The notes under the pieces are model-generated. The model ran no database searches. It was given only the letters and a program-made list of their open reading frames with translations, and was not told the origin of the DNA. From positions 1,798,001 to 1,862,000 of the forward strand of contig CP075495.1 of NCBI GenBank assembly GCA_021613535.1: DNA of 64,000 nucleotides. Direction: 5' to 3'. The translations under genes and the position numbers were made by a program. Numbering within the stretch: the first letter of the stretch is position 1; every line of letters begins with the position of its first letter. Source of the stretch: Adineta vaga. Its lineage: Eukaryota > Animalia > Rotifera. Below, piece after piece: positions 40,767 to 58,702 of the stretch.

Positions 40767-42627
40767 GCACGCCGGCTAGTTGTCAATCCTATAATGATAC
40801 AAATTTCACCTATCAGAAAAAAGTTCGAATTTTTCATCGTTAATTTTATTGAAATACCTGATTTAATGATAAAAACTATGAATGTTTGTCTCTAGAACTT
40901 ACATTGTTTATAGAATGATGAAATCGTTTCTGTAAATAAGATATATTATCATTATTATCTCTTTTTCTCCTTTACCTCTTTCTTTTCTTTTCAATCCTTA
41001 TCGATTTATATTCAAGGCTATTGCTATTCTATCACTAATTAAACTTCGACTTTTTCATTCGCTCAATATTCAGTATCACTGTGCCTATGCTTATTGAACT
41101 TGCATATAGATCGCTTACTGCTGCATACGAGGAGAACAAACCACAACCTTGCTTGTAGTCGACACCGTCGTCGTTGATGTGCCTAATCTTTGTACTCGTT
41201 TTCTCTCCTCCTTTTTCTTTCTCTCTCTCTTTCGTCAGGTTTTTTTCTCTCATACGTCTCTATACATTCGTAACGTAGATCGAACACTTTCGGACAAGTC
41301 ATATTCACACACACACATATATACGTACAGGTAAATGTATGTGCACATTTGTCAATTGATCAATTATCAATCGAGCAAAACGAGAAAAAAAACGAAGAAG
41401 AGAGGGAAAACGTATCAATATAGGCATAGGTCGATCGACAGCAACCCCTTTAACTGATCAAATATGCACCCTCAACTAATTACTGTCTAGTTGGACGACA
41501 ATAATCTGAAGTGAATAAAGAACGATTCTTTTTCTCCAACGAAAAAAAGTTTAATCAGCATGAAGACAGTAAGATGAGAAATCTTTTCAAATTCTTTCGA
41601 TTTCTTTCTTCGAAATTAATGTTAATAACAGATTTGATCTTGTTTATAGAAATCGACTCATGCATAATTAAGAAAAAAACTTGAGATAATTAAAATTTGA
41701 AGGCCATCAAGTTTGATCAAATTGTCATTACTAGTGATCAGATAGACATTCATTAGGCTAATTAACGAATAAATTTTAGAATGAATCAATTTTGTATTAC
41801 TGTTCCTATCGATAAAAAAAAGAAAAGAATTTCGTTTTTTCCTTTCTTCTTACATCAATATCCGTTTCGAACGTTTTGCGCAATATGCTTTTTTTCTTGT
41901 TTAACAAGTATTTGATTTCATTGATGATACATTCTCATTAAAGGAAAAAAAAGCGAACGAAGAATAACTTTCTTCGACTACCTTGAGAAAAAGAGACGCA
42001 ACTTGAATTGAAGTGTTTTTTCAATGATTAATACAAATGTGATTTCCAAGTACCTCTTGAATATTTTATGAGATGATTAAAGGAATCTTAGTATCAAAAA
42101 ATGAAATGATATTTTCTATCGATTCAAGGACAGATAAACAAGAACATTTTTCTAAAGATTCAAGAATTTAACGAATATTTTGAATTATTTCTTTGTTTTG
42201 TTCATCATCCTCCGTATTAAATTCATTTTTGACAAATACATTAGTGAATAGATGAAAACAAAAGACAGTAGAAGAGAAAGAAGACGACAAATGTTGGTTG
42301 TAGTAGTAATAGACATTAAACACATAGAAAAATGAGACACACACACATATTTTGAGGATTAAGAAACAGAAAATTAAGACGAACATGTGTGTCGGCTTGT
42401 AAAATAGAGAAGAAAAAAAAAGAAGAAAACACAGCGCAGATCGATTCTACTATCTGTCTAGTTGTACATTATGTACAAGATAATGAATAAGAGAACGAGA
42501 AAAAAAAGAAACGATTTTGTTTTTGACAAAAACAGTGTGCACAGTCACCATTGACAAACAACATTGAAATGACGAAGAGAAAAGAAAAGAGAGGTTAACA
42601 CGTACACGTACAGTTAGAGAAGAAAAT

Positions 42628-45605
<2,978 letters not shown>

Positions 45606-46151
45606 TGTGTATATATATATGTGTATTAGTTTTCTGTTTTTATTTCACGTCTTCTAGAAAGAAAAAAGAAAAGAAAAGAAAACAATTGAAAATGATTTTG
45701 ATTTCGTTTGACAAACATACTTTAGATCATAATTTTATCTTTCGATTGAATATGTAATTGATTGTTGAAAAGAAAATAAATAAAAAGAAAAACGAATAGA
45801 TTTTGAATGAATTGAAAAATCTGATTATCTAGAATGATTATTATAAATGAGAAAACAAAAGAATCAATGTCCGTTTGAATCATTAAACGGAGCAATCGTA
45901 TAGCAGCTGACAAAAGCCATACTTCGAGATTGATCGATGTCTGACAGAGGAGGTTAATTCTAGACAGTTCAAAATGCATAAATGCTTTGTTTTCGAATCA
46001 TTTCATTGGTCAATATGAAATACCAATGAGAAAAATCGAATTGAACAAAACTACTCGAGCTGATTTTTTTTCTTCTTTCCTTCCTGTTTAGTTCGTTTGT
46101 ATATCTCATAGATCTTAGCTTAGCACGTCTTTTATTCTTACACAAATACTG

Positions 46152-47824
<1,673 letters not shown>

Positions 47825-48727
47825 TTTTGTAAATGTTTTGTTTGTTTTCAACAGTCCATCCAATGAAATTGATCACTTTATCATAATGCCTTCATGTCTA
47901 ATTTAATTTTTGTGCAAAATCAACTGACAAATAACAAAATAAAATAGTTCCGTCTCAACTTCAGAATGATAATAATCATATCCTTTTTCTTTCTTATCTT
48001 TTGTACATCTAATTCACTTGACAAACCTATGAACAAAATGGAAACTGTGTGTGTCTTTTTTTCTTTCTCTCTTTACATTTTTGATATATATATATATGTA
48101 TACATGTGCATCTTCGTAGTTTCATACATTTACTATTTGTTTGTTGTTGTTGTTGTTTTTCTTTTGAATGTAAAAATTAATGAATCAAAACGAGGAAAAA
48201 CATCGAAATGTAATCTGTTTTCTTCTCGCTACCACTAAAATTGTAACAATAAATTATGCAACTGATATCAGATTGAATTATTAGTATTCATCTAACATTA
48301 TGACCTTTTTTTTTCCTTTATGTATGCCAATGAGAAACGATGTGATAACATTAGAATTTCTAAAAGACATATTTGAACTGTATGTACGACTATGATTATA
48401 ATCGTTCGGGTTAATTAACAAATAATAACATGGAATGTTTAGTGATAATTTTGACATTTGTATATCAATGTTCTGCTTATTTGATAATATTACGAAACAT
48501 AGAAAATATTTATTGAATAAAGTTCGAAAGATTTGATTTCTTTTTCTTTTTTCTCTATATGTGATACAATGAGAATAAAACATACGGTATTGATTTGCGA
48601 TTATTTGATTGACATGACTGATAAAGATGTATTCGAGATTAGAAATGAAAAGAGAGAACGATCGACCTTGATGAATGAGTCTCTCATACAAACCTATTTT
48701 TGTTTTTGTATTTATATAAACGACGAA

Positions 48728-50071
48728 ATGAATCGATCGAATATCTATAATATAATACATTTAAGTTTCTCATTTGTATTAATCTTTATATCTTATGGTG
48801 TTACTCAACTATTTCAAACATCATCTAATTATTCGAAAGATGGAGCTTTTGCCGTTGGTATTATCTATATCGTATTTTGTTTAGCAAATTTAGCACTTCC
48901 ATCCTATGTCATTGAGTTATTAGGTATACGATTGACATTAATTCTATCTAGTTTAACATATGTATTGTTTATTGCTGCTAATATCAAATATAATCAATGG
49001 ACATTGTATATATCAGCATTTTTGCTCGGTATCGGAGCTGCATTACTATGGACTGCGCAAGGTGTGTATGTAACGATTGCAACAAATAAACATGAACAAG
49101 TAAATGATTTAGTTCCTTCATCAACACGAGGTTTAATGAATGGAATTTTTTTGGGTTTTTTTTCTTTAAATCAAACGTTTGGCAGTTTACTTGTATCGGT
49201 TTTATTCTATTGGAAATTACAGGAATGGATTATTTTTACTGTTATGACTGCGATTGCTGGATTAGGATCGATGAGTTTAGTTTGTCTTCGACCAATAAAA
49301 ATACCACAACAAACAGGTGAAATATTCTTTTGATTATTGTGGATTTTATACATCTATTTTCATTTAGATCAACGTTCGATTCTATCACGTTTATCTATAC
49401 TTTGGGATATACCATTTCTTTTACTCACACCATCGATGTGTTACCTTGGTTTAGCTCAGGGATTCATTTTTGCTGCCATTCTACCATTAATATTTGATAA
49501 AAGTCAAAAATTTCTTATCTTTGCTCTCTATGGATTAATCAGTGCTATTTGCTCGATTCTATTCGGACGATTAAGTGATTCACGTATTCGTCGTTTGGAT
49601 ATTTTCATCTTTGGTGGATTTGCTCATGTAATTATTTTTGCACTTTTATTAATTAAATGGAAACCACCATTAGATCAAACACGTATTGATATATTTATTC
49701 TATTAGTCATCGGTTCTAGTATGGGTGAAAGTATATTTACATCACAACTCTGTTCTACTATTGCTTTGTTCTATGGACAGACTAGGCCAGCAGATGCTTT
49801 TGCATCATTGAAAGTATTTCAATCAGCTTGTACAGCATTGATGTATGTCGCACAAGTTTATCTTTCATTTTCAATGCGATTATTTTGCTTAATTCTTTCC
49901 GTTTCATTGGCAATTATTACACTTATTTATGAGCATTATGGTGTCAAGTCTTTAGATACAGGTAAAATGAATATGGAAATGCAAAGACCAAGTCGAATTC
50001 AAACAGACATTGAATTCGAAGGCATAGCACCATTAAAAACGCCGACTACTACTGATTCCGTGTCATTATAA
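48728..50071 (+). CDS. UNC-93-like MFS membrane protein, 2 exons
   Basis: Multiple TM helices; LLGIGAALLWTAQGVY signature; intron about 49317-49368. Confidence 0.85.
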
Positions 50072-50335
50072 TAACACTAATACATTATTAGAAAAATTAG
50101 TTAATTGATATTCATATTTTATGGACTCTAGGTTTCATTCATTTTTTTTCTCATTGACAAGAAATGATCTAGTCTGAATGTACTTATTGTAATATGAAAC
50201 TGTCAAATGAAATGCGAGCTGATTAATCATTTTATTTTAAGAATGTTAAAAAAAACAGATGATATACATGAATAAAGCTAAGAATTTCATAGAAAAATTA
50301 ATCAAAGTCAAAAAGATGATCAGAAAAATGTGTAT

Positions 50336-52067
50336 TTAATTGCACAAATGAACAGTAAATGCTTTTATTACAGGTTTATCAACAGATTTTGTTATATTCA
50401 ATCGAACACCACTCACTAATTGTGCTCCTATGGACCATACATCAATCTTCTTATTTCCAACACTTGTACCTTTGGCTACTGTTATCCATTCATTAATATC
50501 AGTTGCATTCGCTAATTGTACATCGATGGTATATTCTCGAATGACTTGACCATTTGTTTGATCTTCTTGAATAACTGAACGATCTACAGTGACAGGTGTA
50601 GAATCAAAGAGAAGAACATGAAGAGAAGAATCGTCGACGACAAGTCGTTCGGTTGATGGAACAGAAGTACCATAACATGAACGAATAAAATCACCAAGTT
50701 CTTTATAACGACGTGCATATTCTGGTGGAATGAGACCAGTTCGATCAGGTGTGAGATCGAGCATTAGTATACAATTTCGACCAACAGTTTCATGATAAAC
50801 TTGAATAAGTTCAGATAATGGACGAAGTGTAGCTTTAGGACCCTAAATAACAAATTGATATATACATAGCATGCTACCAATCATTTCGAAATTGAATTTA
50901 CCCAAAACCATCGATCATTGTTTTGAAGCGTTGTATCACATTCTGCAGGACAAAATATTGGACTATCTGGGTCACCACCATCTTCTGTAACACCAGTGGA
51001 CCAATTTGGATCAGGTGCAACACCCATCTCAGTACCAATCCATCGAGCAGGATTGTGTGAAACTCCGTATCCATTAAAGGCAATTGCTTGAGGTTGAAGT
51101 TCAGCTAGAAGATTAGTAATAGGTTCTTTCATATCTGCTGTATATCTATATAAAATAATCCTTAAAAGTTGAATCTTGATCAATGATTAAACGAACCCTC
51201 CATCAAACCAAATTTCTTCTAAAGTACCATATCTAGTCCAAATTTCTCGTAATTGTTCTAAAACAATGTTTTCATATGTTTTTTGTGTAATATTCATTTG
51301 CCCTGGTTGCAGTGAACGATTTTGAATCTAATAATTCAAATGTAACAATAAAATCTATACAATCAGAAAATTTAACTTACAAAACCTCTTTCCACATTAA
51401 ACCAATTATTACTAACGACTGTATAATAAAATCCAGTTCGTATTTGTTTTTTCTTACAACTATTAATAAATTCTCCCAAAACATCTCTACTTTTCATTGG
51501 TGAATAATCAATTGAATATGTATATGGAATGTTTCTACCCGAAGGATTTATTGGAAAAGTAACATTCGTTGGTGCCATATGGAAACCACAAGCATGCTAT
51601 AGTTATCAATAAGAATGGATATATATCAATCTATAAATAAATGAAAGAGATGATTGCCTACTTTTCCAACAAGTACAGCATATTGAGCACCAAAATCAAT
51701 CATAGTTTGTACCCAATTATCTGTGTTTAATAGATATGGTTTAAATAATGAAATATTTGGAACAATCTGTCCTGTACATCCATCATCATCAATATAGGTA
51801 GCTATATTGAAATGAATCAGAACACCTAATTCTTGTGCTTGCCATTGAAGTTGTTCTGGTGCTGAAAGGAAAAAAAAACAGAGTTAAATACTCTCCATCC
51901 TATTTTGAAATATTCTTACTAGGTAATGCAATTTTCACTCCAGTTTTTGGTGCAATTCGATACTTTCCCCATGGCGATAATCCAGGTTCTTGTTCTTGAA
52001 GATATCGAAATGAATGACTTTCATATTCTGATATTAAGAAGAACAATAAAAACAGAATGATCTTCAT
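50336..52067 (-). CDS. Secreted GH29 alpha-L-fucosidase-like, copy B (6 exons)
   Basis: Paralog of 36439-38155 with introns at equivalent positions; signal peptide, EIWFDG, RWIGTE, PAECD. Confidence 0.88.
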
Positions 52068-52471
52068 CGTTACTAAAAAGAAATGGCAATTGCGTACATT
52101 TTATCAAGTCTACTTATCTAAATTTAAAAGAATCTACTATTATCAGTTCAAGTGAGCGAAGACATCTATTCACAAGTCATTCATCGTGTACCAGAGAGCA
52201 AGAATTATCAAGATATAATGACCTTCCTTCGAATTCGATATAAAATGATACAATGAAAGTAGTCATACAAGATAGAGAATGGTGTCGATTTCACAAATAG
52301 AAATCAAGTATCGAATTAGAGAGGTCGGTATATATTAAATATGAACATTAGTATTTGCTTCTTTTCAAACAAGATATTACTTTAAACACACAATGTCTTT
52401 TTTTTCTATTTACTAAATTACAGATTTTTTGAATTTTTATTAGAGAAAAAGATTTTTTTTAGTTAAATTTG

Positions 52472-53119
52472 TTATGATTCCATATTTGGAAAACCATATC
52501 GATATCGTTCTGCTGGTACTATGGAAATTTTTTCAACATCATCAGAAGTAAAACCACTGTTTGGACGTTGATCGGTGCAAATCTGAGAGAAGAAAATACC
52601 AGATAGAGTTGCTACTGTTCCAAGAAGACTACTAAGACCTCCAACAGCAATTAATAACGAATTAGTAACAAGTTCAACAGTTTGCCAAGTCGGTCTTGTA
52701 TCATCAGAATATTTTGTATCATATTGTATAGGTATAATTGATGTTATCATTAAATAGAATGATAGAATAGTTGATACACCAGTTAATGCTGTAAATCCCA
52801 TTAATGCTGGTGGAGTTCGTTCACGTGATGCTAATATACCTACGAGACCTGTTGCTATTAAGATCAAACCAATCCAAATACCTTTACCTAGACAATTATC
52901 AAAGTTTCATAGAATATTTTTAGAAACAAAACTAAATCTTTAAAGTTTTACCAGCTGATGGCCATAAAGGATTTTCAATTTGTAATCCACCACGTCGTGT
53001 ATCATAATGATATTCACTTGGTCGACCATAAAATAGTTCAATAGCAGATAGAACTATTCCTGATATACCAAGTAAACAAAAGATAATTCCACATATGGTA
53101 AGACTATAAAATCGACACT
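52472..53119 (-). CDS. Four-TM MS4A/CD20-like membrane protein (5' end unresolved)
   Basis: Four hydrophobic segments; GKGIWIGLILIATGLVGILAS resembles the MS4A TM2 pattern. Start exon could not be placed. Confidence 0.55.
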
Positions 53120-53692
53120 AGTAGAACAAATCATTGTAAAGAACATTGCTATATTAAATACGAAATATAAACTCAAATGTTTGTTACTTCCGATCGGTAG
53201 TGTTTATTTGAAAAAAATCATGACTGTAAGAAGAAATTAATCAACCATGACGATTAAAATTATCACATGTATTTTACGATATCGTAAGAAATATCTCATG
53301 ATCATTAAATAATAACTTATTATTATTTAAAAATTTCTTTACAATTCTTAAATCTCAATCATTTATGAACATTGCAATAAACATACGAAGGCAATATGAA
53401 TCATATTTTGTCATTTTCAAAATAGCAGTATATATATATAAATTAGTTCATGCTTTTAGATTCCTATCATACATCTGCGTTCTATTTTTCTCTCTTCCTT
53501 TCTGATTTATTTAATAATATGAAAGAACATATCGAAAAAACATTTTGTAGTTTACATATAGACACCTATCCTTGACAGGTATAAATAATATCAAGTAGAG
53601 AGAGAGAGAGAGAGAAAAAAGAAGAAGAAGGAACTGTTATACTCTGAATTAAATACATCTATAAAGAAAAAATATCATCAAATATGTTACGT

Positions 53693-54904
53693 TTAAAGAA
53701 CGAGACGTAATGTTGGTTGTGGGCCAGTAGGAACTCGATCGAATTCATCATCAACCATATCATCAACTAATGAATAATGACCTGCTGTTGCTGATGAATA
53801 TGGCATAGTACTAAATTCAGTTTCAGTTGTCATTGCAACTGGTGTTGTTGCTTTTCGTCGTGGACCACCAGTAAATAGGCAACATAAACAAGCACAACGT
53901 TCTAATAAAAATTCAATCCAATAGGGTTCTGTCCAAATGATAACTATCAATTGCATGAAAAAAAATGTCGATCGCAACATTGATGCTAATAAAAATGATC
54001 GATAAGTTTCATTAACATGTTCCAAATAGAAGAGATAAATGTCATAAAAAACAAGTATACAAAGTAATGATGTCACACGTATAGTCCATAATTTTTCCGT
54101 TGGGGGAACTTGACTTGTACCACGTAAGAGATAGAAATATCTTAGAATGAAACCGATTAAAATTAAAGCTGGAATAAAAAAAAAGAAATATATAATTGAA
54201 CGAGCCGTTGCAATCGATTCTAATTTTGAATAATCATATGGACAATATTTAGCTGTATAATTCAATAGAGTGGATGTTGTTTTGGGTTGTTTAAATGGTG
54301 ATGCAAATGCATAGATAAGCATAATTAATAGCCACGTAAAAATAGCATATAAATGAATAAAAGACATGCGAGAAAAATGTTTAAATTTTTGTTTATAAGC
54401 TGGATGAGCATAGAGAAAACGTTCGATAATCATATAGAGAACAAAGAAGAACGGAACCTGAAAAATAGAAAAACAAAAAAGAAAGAAGTCAATAGATTTT
54501 TCTTGGAAAATGAAATTTCTACCGTTTCATTTGCTGATAAAATAACATAATGCAAACGGCAAAGTCGAACAGTAAATACATTGAACCAATAGTATAGAAT
54601 AAGAATTAAAGATGGAATCCAAGCAATAAAGGCACAGAAAATAATATGCAAAGAAAAATAATCATTTGGGTTTAAATAAGCACGGGAACGAATAAATCGA
54701 ATAGCAATAGGAATTGCAAGAATATATGTTAATAAACAAAATGTCCAGATGATAATATGAACACCAGTTACAGAATATTTTTCAGGTTCAATTAAATCAG
54801 CTACTTGATGTTTGTATAGATCAGATCCATTGAGTAATTTAGCGATTAAATTAAAGATTGTCTCATTCTTTGCTATTAAATATGTTGTTGCTGTTGTTGT
54901 TGAT

Positions 54905-54937
<33 letters not shown>

Positions 54938-55011
54938 GCTGTTGTTGGTGGTGATGTTGATGTAGTCGATAACATTGAAGTTAACGATGATGTCTCATTC
55001 GACGAACTCAT
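53693..55011 (-). CDS. Orphan class-A-like 7TM receptor with Thr/Ser-rich N-terminus, 2 exons
   Basis: About 7 hydrophobic segments, Cys at top of TM3 (RLCRL), DRY-equivalent IIERF, N-glycosylation sequons. Confidence 0.7.
54884..54946 (+). repeat. (GTT)n trinucleotide repeat encoding poly-Thr in the 7TM N-terminus
   Basis: Directly visible GTT run. Confidence 0.9.
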
Positions 55012-55669
55012 TTTTTAACGTCGCAATTCTCGTAGCTACAAGAACTTTTCTAAAAGATAAATTTTTTTTCTTCTTGTAACTACTTAAAAGAATATATGTG
55101 TGTGCGTGTGTGTTCTGTTGTGCAACGGAATGTGTTGATCTTCAAATGGTTGGATGGCGTACACGTTGCATGCTTGATTAATTTTAGTTCGACGATTGCT
55201 TTTGTTCGTCAGTCTACGACTGAAGCAGAAATAGGAAAGAAAAAAATCCTCGCATGACTATGTCGTCAGTGCAAAAAAAATAAGTGCAGAACAGAGCAAA
55301 CAAACAAACTTCGTAGCTAATAGAAAAGCGCTGGTAATCAACACTAAAGCGTCTGCGATTATGTCGGGAAAAAAAAGAAACAGCGAGTATATACACGTAA
55401 TAGGCTTCTTTTTTCCCTCCATATGAACACTAAAGATTAGATCATTGTTATGTATTTCTTCAAATATATACTCGATATCAAATAGCTCAAAGGAAGAAAA
55501 CATTCATGAAAGAATAACTTTTCTCGATGGTTATTTAGAGAATAGAATAATATATAATGATAAATGATGGCTTTGAAAAAGCACGTACAAACATACTTGT
55601 TAGTGTAGATAACAATAAATTCTTCGTTTCTCATGCATATCTATGGATTATAATTCAAGTTTTGTCATT

Positions 55670-56774
55670 TTATTTTTTCGAAATAATAGCTGAATGCGCA
55701 TTTACATTGGAATTCGAATTAGACAGCTTATGAAAATTTTTCTCATATTTTTTAACTTTCTTCTTCTTCAATGATGAAAGTTCATTCGTTGATTGAAAAC
55801 ATTTTATATTAGGTTTGGTAATTTCAATATGTTCGATGAAGGTTTCACCACGATCTGGATCGAAAACATTGAGTTGTAATAATAAATCAATAAAATCTGT
55901 ATTTCCATGAAGATTTACTCGTGCATAATCAAGGACAGAAAATCCATTATCATCTCGAGCATTTATATCAATGATATGATAAACACTCGATGAGAGAAGT
56001 AATTCAAATATATTTGTATTCGAATGAAAATAAGCCGCATAATGAAGAGCTGTTCGATTCAATTTCGTTTCGACAAGATTTGGATCAATACCAAGACGAA
56101 GAAAATATTCGATAATATTTCGATGTTGAAGATAAACAGCAAGAATAAATGCCGGAAGATAATCTTGAAATAATTCATGAACATCTGCTTGATGTTGAAC
56201 CAAAAGAGTAAAAATACCTGTAATATACAAGAAAAAGTAGTAATAATTAGAAAATATGTTCGTTCATCGAACATACGCGGATGATTATGAATAATTGATT
56301 CATGTAATGGACTTGTTCCATCTTTACTCAATCGATTCATATCTGGATTACAAAGTAATAATGTTGTTAAAGTTTCTTCATTGCCAGCAATTGCAGCATA
56401 ATGTAATGGCGTTCGACCTGATGCATCTGTTACATCAACTGTATGCATATATTCATAGAGAGCAACAATAATTGTAGCATCGCCTAGAAAAGAAATTTGT
56501 GTGTGTGTGTTTTGTTGTTGGTGAAAATCTTGTATTTTATCTTACCTTCAATAGCAGCAAAATGAAGTGCTGAACGTTGTTGTTCATCGTTATCGACATC
56601 AAGTTGTAAGATGGGAACATGATGTTGTTCTTCTTCATTGATTTGTTTTTTCTTTTTATTTCGAAATGAAAGCGATCGTTTACTTAATTGTCGTGTTAGT
56701 TTATTAACATCTTTCGTACGAATATAATCAATTGTTGTTGAAGTACATTTTGATGAGGATTGTTTCGTTCCCAT
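55670..56774 (-). CDS. Ankyrin-repeat protein, 3 exons
   Basis: SALHFAA, GRTPLHYAA, GTSPLHES, RTALHYAA repeats; MGTKQS N-myristoylation-type start. Confidence 0.88.
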
Positions 56775-57153
56775 CTTCGAAATGAATTGATGTTTGAGAC
56801 GTGTCTTGGATTTTTATAGACAAAATGTTTGTAATGGTAACAGATGGTATAAAATTCAAATGATTCGTAAAAAAAACAAAATATATATACGAAGATAATT
56901 TATGAATCGCAGTTTTTCTCTCTCGGAAGGCTTTTTCTTTTGTATTCGAATACAAAAGAAACAAATATGAAATTGATAATGAATTTCTCTCTATGGAATA
57001 CATTGAAGACAAAGATCGCTTTTGTTTTCTTCGATTTTCGGCACGCTTTTATTCGTTGATTAACTGAAGATTAGATAAAAAGAAAAAGCATTATAACAAA
57101 CAAGTTTTAAATAAGACAATAACAAAATGAATACATAGAAAAGAAGAAAAAAT

Positions 57154-58442
57154 TTAACTTTTTGATTTCATTGGCAAATATTTCTTCTCAGCATTGACTA
57201 ATTCTTGATCATCTTGTAAACGAAAGACTTCTTTAACACTAACAATATTTGGTTCAATATTAACCAATGTTTGTTCGCTATAAATTCGTTTCGATGTTGC
57301 TTGCATCGCTTTAATACTTGCACGTAAATTATGATTAGCCCAAATTATAGCAGATATACCCCATTTTTGAAATGTATCCGTCGGTGTTTGATAATAATTT
57401 GTTGGAACGATAATAACTGGACCTTGATTTTTCCATGCTTTCATGAATTGTTCAATTTCTTTCGGTTCTTTTTGTTTACTATGCATTAAAATAGCATCAG
57501 CACCAGCTGCTAAATAAGCTTCAGCACGACGAACAGCTTCATCACAACCCCAACCACTAATAAATGCTTCAACACGAGCAACAACACAAAAATTCGGATC
57601 CTGTTGTGTATCTTTCATTGCGCGAATTTTCAATGCAAATTCATCAATATCAGCTAATGGTTGTTCACGATTATCTAATAATGAATTTGTTTTTGGAAAT
57701 AATTTATCTTCAATACAAGCACCAGCAATACCCAATTGTTCAAGTTTACGAACGAGACGACGAGCATTATTGAAATTACCAAAACCAGTATCAGCATCAA
57801 CAAGTATGGGAATTGTTGTTGCATCAGACATAAATTCTAGTATATCGAGAACTTGTGTCCATGATGCTTCATTAGAATCACGAAGACCTAATGAAGCGGA
57901 CATCGATAAACCACTTGCCCATATTGCCTAAAGTAATATAAGTTCGATTGAAATCAATTGTTTTACATATAAAACAAGATGAAAGAGAATTATTTTATCT
58001 TAATTCAATATTCTTATAAATTTAATCAAGGATAAAATTTGAAAATGAAGTGAAAACGATATTATTTAATCAATTCAATTTCTACAGAGATAATTTATCA
58101 CTTATAAGTAGGATCGAACTCCTGCTGTTCAAAAAATGCTGTATAGTAAAAGAAAGAAAGAAAGAAAGAAAGAAAACGACTAACTTTCACTTTGAATTAT
58201 AAACTCTGAGTACATTTTGTTCGCGTTCGAATTATTTAACTTACCTTAAAACCTGTTTCTGCGACGATTTTTGCACTCAATGCGCTGTGAGCTTCCATAA
58301 TAAATTCTAATTTAGGTGAAAGAAGCATTTCTTTCAATTGTGCACTACGACTATTCGAAGTTGTTTTTGGTTTAGCAGCAGTTGCAGTTGAAAGTTGTCG
58401 TCCATAGTTGGTTACTGTTCGTAAGAAAACTTTGTTGAACAT
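57154..58442 (-). CDS. PEPM: Phosphoenolpyruvate phosphomutase (PEP mutase), 323 aa, 2 exons
   Basis: Exons 58442-58245 and 57927-57154. Diagnostic [10 protein letters not shown] (EDKx5NS), [47 protein letters not shown]. Confidence 0.96.
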
Positions 58443-58702
58443 GATCCTTTAGACGATGAATAAGCAAATAGCAACACGGTAAATGATTCTTTCTTTTTTT
58501 CTTCTCTTTTTCTTTGCAGAAAAGATAAATGCCTACTGCCTGTTGTTGTTCTGTTACTATATATATATATATATTTAAGCAAATAGCAATAAAAACACGC
58601 ACACAGACACACACATACATATATCTCTCTTTCTTTCTCTTTTTCTTTTTTCTTTTCTTTTCTTGCTATCGGACATTATCGTCATGTCCGTTTGGCCAAC
58701 GG

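Noticed and set aside
58105-58130. B-box-like GTTCGATCC on the minus strand inside the PEPM intron
   Set aside because: No A box or cloverleaf can be formed; not called as tRNA or SINE.
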